Of a stretch of 64,000 nt of DNA, positions 26,398 through 36,533 are shown piece by piece. Below the pieces are notes generated by a model, which was not told where the DNA came from, did no database searches, and worked only from the letters and a program-made list of their open reading frames with translations. Position 1 is the first letter of the stretch. The number at the start of each line of letters is the position of its first letter. This DNA is from Mesotaenium endlicherianum. Lineage: Eukaryota. The stretch is taken from NCBI GenBank assembly GCA_009602735.1, contig WELA01002258.1, positions 804,244-868,243 of the forward strand, written 5' to 3'. Made by a program: the position numbers and the translations under genes.

Positions 26398-27599
26398 AGT
26401 CCAGCCGTCATGAGAGCTTCTTTTTCAGCCGGGGAGAGTCTTGCTTTCACTCCTTGCTGGTTTCTTGCATCATAAGTGTCATTGGAGGGTCTTCCACTCT
26501 TCCGGGCAGCCGCGGGGTCCCTTTTAATAACTCCGATTTCCATGGGTGTGGGTCCAGATTCGGATGTGGAAGGGGCTGCGTACACCCGCGTCGTCGGTAC
26601 CCGTGAAGATGAAGGCACGGAGTGCTTGAAATCCAAGGTATCCACCTTTTGGGCCACTTCAATGATCTTTGAGAAGTCCGTCAAGTCGCGTAACTCCACT
26701 TCCTTTGCCACCTTGGGTTTGAGGCCAAAGATGTAGCGGTCAATCTTCTCCTCGAGAGACATGTTGGGGATCTCAAGAGTGAGGGCGTGAAATCTGGATG
26801 TATACTCTTGAACGGACGTCGTTTGCTTGAGATGGTGGAGCTTTCCTCGGGCAATCTTCTCCGCATTGATGGGCATGAATTGCTTCTTGAGGGCCTCACG
26901 AAAATCTGCCCATCTTGCATATGATGGTGGGGGCTCTTGGCCGAGCATGGGGTGCGCCATAGCTTGATATATAGCCGCTTGATAGTTACGCCACCATGAT
27001 GTTGCTGCTCCTCTAAGTAAGGTAACGGCAAAGGGAACGTAGTCCTCCTCGGGTACTTCAAGGAATGCGAGGTACGTCTCCACTTGGTAGAGCCATAAAT
27101 TCAGGTTGGCACCTTTCCCGGGGTTGAAAGTGTCGGGTTTGCCGGGCTTGATGAGTTTCCTTGCTCTCGTTGGCTCTTGTGGAGGCGCTTGAGCCGGGGC
27201 TGGATTTTGAGCATTGCTCGCAATAGGGGCAACCATGGCAGCCATAGCTTCTCTTGACGCTTGCACGGTTGCTTCATAGGTGGCCAAGCCCACTTGGTTG
27301 TGGACGGTCATTAGGAAGGCTGCCCACTCATTTGCGGGAACTCCTTGTGGTGGGGTCAACTTTGCTATAGCGGCTGCCACGGGATTTGACGGTGCTCCTC
27401 CTTGTGGTGCTTCTTGTTGTTGCAGATTTCCTTGAGTAGGCTCTCCCATCGACGCTGGAGGAGGGTGTGCTCCTCCTTGTGGTGCTTCTTGTTGTTGCAG
27501 ATTTTCTTGAGTGGGCTCTCCCATCGGCGCTGGAGGAGGGTGTCTTGGAGAGGAAGGGCTTCCTTCGAAAGCTTGCTGTTGGTCTTGAGGATCGGCCAT
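26319..27599 (-). CDS. gag: Gag of A2
   Basis: 426-aa ATG ORF just downstream of the PBS, with a retrotransposon gag core and CCHC knuckle. Confidence 0.96.
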   Translation of the reverse strand: MADPQDQQQAFEGSPSSPRHPPPAPMGEPTQENLQQQEAPQGGAHPPPASMGEPTQGNLQQQEAPQGGAPSNPVAAAIAKLTPPQGVPANEWAAFLMTVHNQVGLATYEATVQASREAMAAMVAPIASNAQNPAPAQAPPQEPTRARKLIKPGKPDTFNPGKGANLNLWLYQVETYLAFLEVPEEDYVPFAVTLLRGAATSWWRNYQAAIYQAMAHPMLGQEPPPSYARWADFREALKKQFMPINAEKIARGKLHHLKQTTSVQEYTSRFHALTLEIPNMSLEEKIDRYIFGLKPKVAKEVELRDLTDFSKIIEVAQKVDTLDFKHSVPSSSRVPTTRVYAAPSTSESGPTPMEIGVIKRDPAAARKSGRPSNDTYDARNQQGVKARLSPAEKEALMTAGLCFYCKEKGHRALSCPKKLSKNGQRR

Positions 27600-28909
27600 C
27601 TTCTTGTGCTACCAAAGTGCCTAGCTCCGATACCACTGTAGTGAAACAGATAGATAAAGTACTTAGTAAAACAGAATACTTTATCTATTCAAGACAAGGA
27701 TCTTTGAACACAAGTGGTAGCTTCTTGAAAGAGAGATGGCTTCTTGAAAGTTAATATATTTCTGGATTTTGGCAAGTACAAGAGTGATTCTGGAATGTCT
27801 TTCTATGTTCTAGCTCTTGTTTATATACTTGCTACATAAGTAATTTCTAGGAAGGTGTATGTTGATGTGTTGGCACCCAACACATCCCAAAACTTGCCAC
27901 CTCTTTCTAGAATAATGTACACATGTCCTTTTGACCTAAAAATGGCACATCTGACTTTTGCCACATGGAGTTCTTCTAGGTCTTTCCTCTAACTTCGAAA
28001 ATGCCTTAGAAGGTTCAAAGGACATGAACCAAGTCACTAGAGTACCTATTCACACTTGAATCCACACAATACTACTCCAAATATATTTGAAAACATTAAA
28101 ATATATGCGAACTAATATATAATAACTCAAATCACTACATTGTCCTTACCATACAAAGAAGATTGTGATACAATCTCCGATACCATTGAAATGAATCAAC
28201 TTACCAAATAGGCGACTAACAAGTAATGAAGATCTTTTTATCAGCAAGTAATCTTTATGGTATTGTCTGTTTGTCGATTAAACAGCAAAAGACAACACAC
28301 TAGCAGCGGACAATACTCGCGAGTCAAATGCGAATAAACTAGCATCAATAATACAATCAGCAAACTCATACATGAGCAAGGCTAGAATACAGTGCATATC
28401 AATGGCTTCTCGCCTTGGATTCAGATATCTCTTTGTAAGCTGTACAAGAGAGTTGGCCTCGATTCTGAATGCCGAACTTGAGAGCAATACCTAGCATATG
28501 TACATAGAATGAGTTTACTGTTCAACGGTCAGTGCGATGGCACCGCCTACTCGGGATTTAACCACGTTGGTAAGACCTCGGTTAACCAAATCCACCGCCA
28601 TTTCCCATCATCCCGAATCGCCATCTATCCTAAGGATGTCATCCGGCCATTCATCTAGCATACAATAATTAGATGCATATTTAGGCTGTTCGCTGCTACC
28701 GAGTATGGAAGTCAGCTGGCTGTCAAAAATGTGTCAGCAAGCTCACCTAAGTTGACTTCAGCCTGCTGCTTTTGGCTGAGTCATTAAACTGATAATTTCA
28801 TAAAGTTCAGCAGACTGAATATTAAGTAAAGTTCAGCAGGCTGAAGTTATTTAACTATCATACTTCAATGAATACCATATCTACCACTATACTGATTCAT
28901 TACATCAGA

Positions 28910-29110
28910 CTTGTATCTCTCTACTCTACTCTCTAGCCTCTTTCTCAGCACCTGTTTTCTTCCTCTTCAGAATATGCCACCTGCTCCTCTAGGCATGTTT
29001 GGGTTACTTTGCACTCTTGGTAACGTCATTTTATTGGGTTCATCATGATGCTTTTTGGCTCTAAGAATGGGTGCAAGTTCCACCTGGGACATAAACTCTA
29101 CAAGATCCAT
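28910..29110 (-). pseudogene. RAG1/Transib-like transposase, fragment 1 (probable N-terminus)
   Basis: MDLVEF...GIF*RGRKQVLRKRLESRVERYKS continues in frame into EILKYADD at 14281 once B is removed. Confidence 0.6.
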
Positions 29111-30709
29111 GATGAAAAAGAAGTTTTGTATGAATGTGTACAGAGCTATAGGCGGATTGGTAGGTAGGTAGTTGGTAAAATGTTGGTTCAACAATTTTTT
29201 TAATATTTTTTGATTTTGTGATTTTGTAATTCTAAAAATGTTTATTGGTTTTAAGCAAAGAATAATTTTATGAGCATGTAGAGTTCACTCTGCCTACACA
29301 TCAAAAATGTGGCATACATTGAAATGCACATGTAGCACTTATGAGGGTGTGAAAACCAAAATTGTCAGTATTTTTACCCGTGATGTTCATTAAATTGAAG
29401 AAACTCTTCAAGTTTGAAAACACCTTCAAATTTCAAACTTGAAACTGTTGTGGAATCCTCTTACATACAAGAATAGTCATGCAAAGTACTAGCATAATAC
29501 AATGCCAGGTTGTTAACATATGCCACTGAACACATGCATGAAAAAACGTCACATTTCAAGAAGTCGGCGACTTATTACCTACTTTTGCATATGTAGCTCA
29601 TGGGCCCTATCTTGGTGATTAGAATGGGCTGAAACGTGAACAGTAACAATATGGGGGGATGAAAAATTTAGTAGAACCATTTTCAGATCCGTACTCCAAG
29701 TAATTTTGCATTGTACGGATTGGCATGCTTCACATGTGCGAGAAACTCCACATTTCACATCTTGGAGGCTCACAGCCTCGTGTGGTTTGATGCAAACTGA
29801 AATTTTTCTGATCCATGGTTACCCAATTGGGTCCTTAATGCCTCCTGAAAATTTGGGGGGAATCAAGAAAGTGGAGTACAAGTTATGGCCATCTGTATGA
29901 AGTGAAAGAATAGTGCAACATGCAACATTTTTCCAAGTATCGCTTACTTCTGCAAATTTCAATTTGTGTGCATATCTTGAGTCTCACTCCATTTAATGAC
30001 CCAAAACTTTGCCAATATCTCTATGGGGGCATGACATATCCAAAAAACAGATTTTAGATCCGTACTACAAGCATACCGCATTTTACGGACAGCCACTCTT
30101 CACATGCGTGAAAAGCGCCACATGGCAAACTTTGGAGGCGCATAACTTAAAGTTATTTTATGAACTTTCATCATTTTGAAATTTCATGGCTGCCTATGAG
30201 GGTCCTTAGTAACCTCTCAAAAATTGGACTACATTAAGAACTTTTTGAACATTTAATGATTATTTGTATGAAGCAGCAAGAATGAGAGAAAGTGACAATT
30301 TCCACTTTTGTCGACATATTCTTCAATTTCACTAAAAAAGCTATAACTTATGGAGAACATGTCAGCTGTGTCTGAAACTTTAGGGGAGTTTATTCATGGG
30401 GGTTATCTACTATTGTTCCAAAATTCAGAACATTCCAACAAAACCGCCGCAAATGGCGCTAAAAAGTACCTAAGCGCCCAAAAAATGGGCATTGGGTTGC
30501 ATGTGAGTGCCACTTCACTTTAACGAGCAACGCGTAATATTTGGGTCCCACAAGTCCGCGCGTTGTGCGTCTTGAAGTCCAAAACGTCCAAGCGTGCCAC
30601 TATCAATCAAAAAAATTAAAATGTGCCCGTTTGTGCTCTTCACGTGAATCGATCATTTTGCTTAGTTTAAGGAACTCAATATGGAAAAACGCGAACGGCG
30701 TAACCCCTC
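29111..30709 (-). mobile_element. Probable 5' non-coding end of the DNA transposon, with subterminal repeats
   Basis: Diverged repeat with ~370-bp period (29681-29780 vs 30052-30148). Abrupt junction into Gypsy protease sequence at about 30709. Confidence 0.5.
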
Positions 30710-33340
30710 ATTATGACCAAGCCTATTGATGTCCAGTTAGTTTATGGCATTGCACTTCCAACTGAAACGCTTACATTTGGGGTACTCAACACTGGCTTTA
30801 ATGATCTCGTGTTAGGAAGGTCGTGGCTGAATAGACATAAAGCTAAAGTGTGTTGGAGCAGAGGTACAATTCAAGTGAGAGAATTCAGCGATGGGCAGTC
30901 TAATTTGGCACCCATCAGTGCCGCTCCTCTTGTCTTGTATGAATGAAAAATGAAGGAAAAAGCAAGGCTTCCAAGGGGATGCAAGTTGCTGAATGCAATG
31001 GAGTTCGTCCAAAGCTGGAACCAGAAGGAGGATAGAATGTTCTGCCTACTCTCAAAGAGGTACCTCCTCAACGTTCAGAAGTGGTTGAGAAAAAGGCAAG
31101 CCCTCCGGAGCATCCCACTACTGCAAAAATTGTTGCTAAATATAGTGATGTTTTTAACATACCCACAAGATTGCCACCTAAGAGGGAGGTAGATTATTAG
31201 ATTTATTTGGTATGGGAGTCCCCCTTCCTAGCAACATATGTATGGTTTGTCCTATGTGGAGAGTGAGGAGCTAAGAATACAAATGGAAGAACTTGAGGAG
31301 TATGGGTACATATCTTCAAGTAAGTCCCCTTACGGCGCACCCATCTTGTTTGTTAAAAGAGAGATGGCAATATGCGAATGTGTGTGGACTACAGAGCTTT
31401 AAATAGAGTCACAAAAAAGAACAAGTATGCTTTACTTAGAATCGTTGATCTGCTGGATACATTGTCTGAAGCTAAAATGTTTACCAAAATTGACCTAAAG
31501 AGTGGGTCTCATCAAATCAAAAGTGATGAGGGAGATAAATACAGAAATGCTTCCCGCACAAGGTATGGGCATTATGAATTTAATGTGATGCCTTTTGGTC
31601 TGACTTATGCCCCTGCTACCTCTATAGGTGCTATGACATCTTCAAACATTATCTGGATAAGTTTGTGCATGAATGACATTCTCATTTTATCAAACATGAA
31701 TTTGTGCATGCTGAGCACCTTCGGATAATAATGGAGACTCTTAGAAAAAATCAACTATATGCTAAAATGAGCAAGTGTGATGTCTTAAAAGAGAGTATTG
31801 AATTCTTGGGTCATGTTGTCAGTAAGGCAGGCATCAGTGTGGACCCCAAGAAAGTCAAGACCATAAGGGAGTGGCCAGTACCTCAATCTGTCTCAAAAGT
31901 TAGATCATTTCTTGGATTGGCTAACTACTACAGGAGATTCATTGAGAATTACACCCCGAAGGCCAGTAAACTGACAGACCTTACCGAAAAGGACATAGGA
32001 TATGTGTAGGGACAACAGCAGAAAGCTGTCTTCCAGACCCTTAAAGATGCTCTGTGCTTTGCCCCAGTTCTCCAGTATGTGACCACAGTAAGCCCGTGCA
32101 AGTGGTTATTGATGCTTCTGACGTTGCTATGGGTGCTATTTTGTTGAAGCCTGCTGACAAAACCACTAAGGATGATAAGGTAAAGCAAGACCGGCATCCT
32201 GTCTTGTATGAGTCGATGAAGTTCAATCCAGCTAAGATTAATTATTATGTCCTTGATAAGAAGTTGTTAGCTATCATACATGTTCTCAAACAGTGGAGAG
32301 CATACTTATACGGAAAAGCTATTAAGGTGATTACAAATTATCAAGCTCTGACTCACTTTCAGATAAAGTCCACGCTGTCGAGGAGGAAAATCGCTGGAGC
32401 CAGATGTTGGAGCAATTCAAGGTCCACATCGACTACAAACCAGGAAAGTTGAATTTTGGTGATCCCTCTCTAGAAGACCTGACTTGCAAGAAAAGAACTT
32501 TGATGAGCATGCTGCTGATAGGGCACTTTGTGTACTCAATTTCCTAAAGGTTGAAAAGTCCTTCCTTGAACAACTTAGGAAAGCCTACCTTTTTGACCCG
32601 GCATTTGAGCCAAGCCCAACTGATGGTGTGTGTCCTGCTACTACACTCGGTTATAGGCTAACGAGAGGGGTCTGGGTAACTCAAACTACTTCAGGGCGGC
32701 TGAAGTTGGTCATTCCCAGTGACTTGGAACTAAGGTCTTTATTACTCACTAAGGCCCATGACAGTGTACTGGGTGGACATTTAAGGCAGGCCAAAACTGT
32801 TGGCAAACTGGCAAAACACTACGACTGGGAAAGGGTTACCTTGAGAGGTCTTAAAATATGTTGTCTCGTGATCAGTGTCAGAAGAATAAATCGAGACATA
32901 CACCATCCGAGGAAATATTACAACCTCTACCTATCCTTGCTGGAAGGTGGGAAACCATATCAGTAGACTAGGTAGTAGCACTCCTGACAAGTGTCAATGG
33001 GCATGGACTCTATTCTGGTAGTACTGGATAAATTGACAAAAGTAATCAATTTCATCTACACCACTGTTTAAGTGACTGCTCTCGGTATTGCGAGACAATT
33101 CTACAATAATGTAGTGTGCCAACATGGGCTACCCTCCAATGTAATCGCAGACAGAGACTCAAAATTTACGAAGAGCTCTGATGGGGTGGATGGGAGTCAA
33201 ACAGCTACTTAGCACAGCAAACCACCCTTTGACTGATGGGCAAACTGAAAGAACTTACCGTGTTCTACAGGAGGTGCTAAGAGCCTATATTAGTAAATGA
33301 CAAGATAACTCGGATGACTTGTTGCCCCAGATTCAATTCT
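30710..33340 (+). pseudogene. pol: Degraded Gypsy pol fragment E (family B/C/E)
   Basis: Colinear with the pol of B and C from mid-protease to integrase ([27 protein letters not shown]). Truncated at both ends. Confidence 0.9.
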
Positions 33341-34820
33341 GGTCAATTAGCCAAACAACCAAGTTGCTATTGCCAAAAGCGTCGTAAAGTAATTTGACCA
33401 CTTCGCAATGTTACAACAGAATTATCCATGAAGTTACTTTGAATAATTATGAGATAATAACCTAATCAATCACAAATTGATTAGTTTACGATTGATTGTC
33501 ATTCTTTCGGATAATGCACAGTCACAGATTTTGGATTAAGGACGAGTCGTTAACTTGAACGAAGTCATATAACTCAAACGACATTATTATGCAAAGTTAC
33601 TGTGCATCCATCGCAGATTCGAACTCAAAACCCTTTCCCGCTCTCAAGGAATTAGCAAAGATAACGAGTTCCACATATTTTCTTTCCGCTATTATCAAAT
33701 ATTCCTTGAATACCAACAAAAAGATTCTCAGAACTTAGAACGTTTTGCAGAAACGTTGCATAGAGCTCCTTGCTGATTTTATTTGCAAACTCTCTACAAC
33801 TTACAATCAGAATTCCTGTCAAGGAACTCTTGAATTATTTGCGCCTTCTCCTTCTCCCTCCTTTTTCTTTCCCTTCGGTTGTTGCTCCTTAGCTCCCTTC
33901 TGGAAAATGTGCGAAGCGAAATGAGGCAGGTCTGTGCATGGCTTATGCCTATCTCAGGCACCACGCAAGCACGTTCCTTTCGAAACTGTCGTAATCACAA
34001 TTGCACGCATGCATGTTCGACCTCGTGGGTGTTGTTGCATGTCTAAAATTGTGTCGCGTCACTCACTTTGCATGCAGACCTCGGGACGGTCGCGCGTGCT
34101 CGTTCAACCTTTTGGTTGGCATGCACGCCCTTGTGGCTGGGAACCTATGTTCCCTATCGAGTCACATCTGCCATGGGAGCTCCACCGAGAGGTCGCTGCC
34201 AAGCTATGTTTCTTACTTGGCGTGGGCTTGACTCAGCCGTCGCTAAACAAGTTGTGTTGTCAGCTTTGTCTGACTTGGCAATTGCTAAGCTAGCTGTTGG
34301 GACAGCTTCCTTAACCTTGCAGCTGCTGACAGGGACAGTTTGCAGGTCCTGGTGGGGTCGGCTTTACAGCTGACCTGGCTGTCAAACTCTACCCATCGTT
34401 GAGGGTTGGTTTTGACTCGTCACGGTCACAATTTTGTGTGACTTGACCCTTGACTTTCAACGCCAGCCGGTGTTGACTTTTCCGTATCTGAGCGGCCGTA
34501 ATTTGCGTCTCACATGCAATGCTGTCGAACTGGCAGCAATCGCAACATTTGTCCTAGCAGTGCAACATTTTAACATGAGGCTCAGGCATCAAAGTTCTAC
34601 TGTACAAGTTCATTTCTCTTTTTAAACTAAGACCTCTCTCAGTGACTTTCCATCGCTTTTGTCCTCCGGATTGATAGTGAAATGCATACGTTATCATTAG
34701 ATATATTGAATTGATTATTTGTAATAATTAGTCAATGACCTTTTACATGGCTGCTTCAATGACACCTTATCGGATTGTTACCTTAAACATAAGCACACTC
34801 ACATGCGGGAATACACAAAA

Positions 34821-34878
34821 ACACACACACACACACACACATACATACACACACACACACATAGAGAGAGAGAGAGAT
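34821..34878. repeat. (CA)n/(GA)n microsatellite
   Basis: Direct inspection. Confidence 0.9.
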
Positions 34879-35594
34879 ATTTCTTCCAAATATGGCGCAT
34901 ATAACGATGTGAAATGTATGATCGTGAAAATATCACGTCATAATCAATGGAAGACATCTTTTGACGCTCACTTCAGCTCGCATCAATCGCACGCCTTCAC
35001 ACACGTGTATGCATATAAACGTTCGCACGCATATATACTAGCCCGCACGCAGGCCCGTACGCATCTTCACATGCTCGACTTATTCGCCTAGGCACGGACC
35101 CCAGTGCTCCTTTCACGCATCTGTGGATGGTGGCTCGCAGGCACGTGTCTGTCGTTTGTGTGAAGGCCTGGGGGACCAAAAGATTCACACGCTCGAAGAA
35201 CCAACAAAAGATACAGATCGGATGAGCACGATCGCGAGGATCTAATTTGTTCTGGCCAACGACGCCCGATAAACGATTTTGATTTGCGTGGGAAAAGTCG
35301 CCAAACGCTGGCCAGATTTGGAAGCACGTGTATCCATTAGAGAAGGAATCTTCCGTATCTGGTACAATTGACCAGGTACGATTTGCCACGGTCAAAACTG
35401 TCCGGATCAGCGTGGACTAGGAGCCGTGTAGCGAGCGTGACTGCGCGGACCACTGCGGACGGATGGCCTGGGAGTGCTGGGGGCGAGGAAGACTGTCCGT
35501 CTTGTTTACGGCTCCAGGGCAGTGTCCAAATCGTCGGGGGCCAGGTACCAATTTTGTGTGTCAGGTCGACACTTGAGGTCTCAGCCTGCCGTGC

Positions 35595-35919
35595 TCGGTC
35601 ATACTCCATTGTTATTTATTCGTGCACTGCTCAAAGTCAAGATCATTCTCGCTCACACTCGCCTACTGTGTACATGGTGCGGGAAGAAAGTTGGCCACAA
35701 GATAGCATTGGTGGACCGTGACTGTGGAGGAGAGACCATGCGGCGCCATGAGGCAATTAAGCAGAATTAAGCAGCAATCAAGTACTAGGCGCCGCATTGC
35801 GCTTGACCCGGTGATCATTACGATGCTTCGACAAAAAAATCACGATTATGAATATTATCGACGAGGACTATGTCACTGGGACCAATTGTCAGTTGAGAGA
35901 ACAACAATGCATGCGAGCT
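35595..35919 (+). repeat. Left arm (outer part) of a long inverted repeat
   Basis: Similar to the reverse complement of about 55258-55542, e.g. AAGTACTAGGCGCCGC.TTGCGCTTGACCCGGTG. Confidence 0.85.
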
Positions 35920-36265
35920 TTTGAAATGTAGATTCAATTTGCAATTAAATCTAAGTTTGATAATCTCAAAAGAACAGATTGAGAAATAGGCGGGCTTATA
36001 CAAGCCCGCCTGCATTCAGAACTTGCCCTTATTTGCAAATTCTTCAATAGAGACTCGAGAGCTCCAGAGCTTTTGCTCTTTCTCACCTATATAAGCTATG
36101 CACTCTACTTCACTCTCCACGCATGTGCTAAGTGAAGCTAAGAGTGCATACATAACAGTGAGTCAACGATGTTTTAGCAGCATACTATCGCAAAATCTAT
36201 CAGAGTAGTTTTCAATAAATAGTTTTCTACCCAGTAACCAGTACATTGCCTTACCTATTCAAGAT

Positions 36266-36533
36266 TTGGCAGCCCTTCTAGCTCTGTTGGAGAGAGGCAA
36301 GTCTCCTATTGACCCTATCCTTGAGAAGAATACTCAGTCTCTTTCTTCGGATGCGATGGCAGAAGTTATCAATCAGGTGAAGGAGGCTGTGGTCCGAGAT
36401 TTGAAGCGTAAAGCTCCTGCTTCTTCATCTTCCCAGCCATCAGAGTAACAACCAGTGAGCCAGCTTGAGCAACTACAACAATTCATGGTGGCGTTATTCG
36501 AGAAGGAGGCCAAAGAGAATGCCAGAGAAGATG
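36266..36533 (+). pseudogene. gag: PAT-like gag, 5' part (interrupted by Copia)
   Basis: The frame continues at 41736 across the AGATG TSD. Confidence 0.6.

Larger units (their letters stand above)
21460..28139 (-). mobile_element. Intact Gypsy chromovirus A2, TSD TTGTC
   Basis: 503-bp LTRs 21460-21962 and 27637-28139 (TGTAGTGA...TCACTACA, about 9 differences by eye). TTGTC at 21455-21459 and 28140-28144. PBS 27624-27635, G-rich PPT at about 21963-21972. Confidence 0.98.
14287..28904 (-). mobile_element. Gypsy element B (family B/C/E), TSD TCAGA, carrying nested A2
   Basis: LTRs 14287-15002 and 28187-28904 (TG...CA). TCAGA at 14282-14286 and 28905-28909. PBS 28174-28185, PPT next to 15003. 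Confidence 0.95.

Noticed and set aside
7011..28487. Recurrent short ORF MLSS.AFG... (7011, 12821, 14378, 28278)
   Set aside because: It lies within the B/C LTR copies and recurs only because the LTR recurs.
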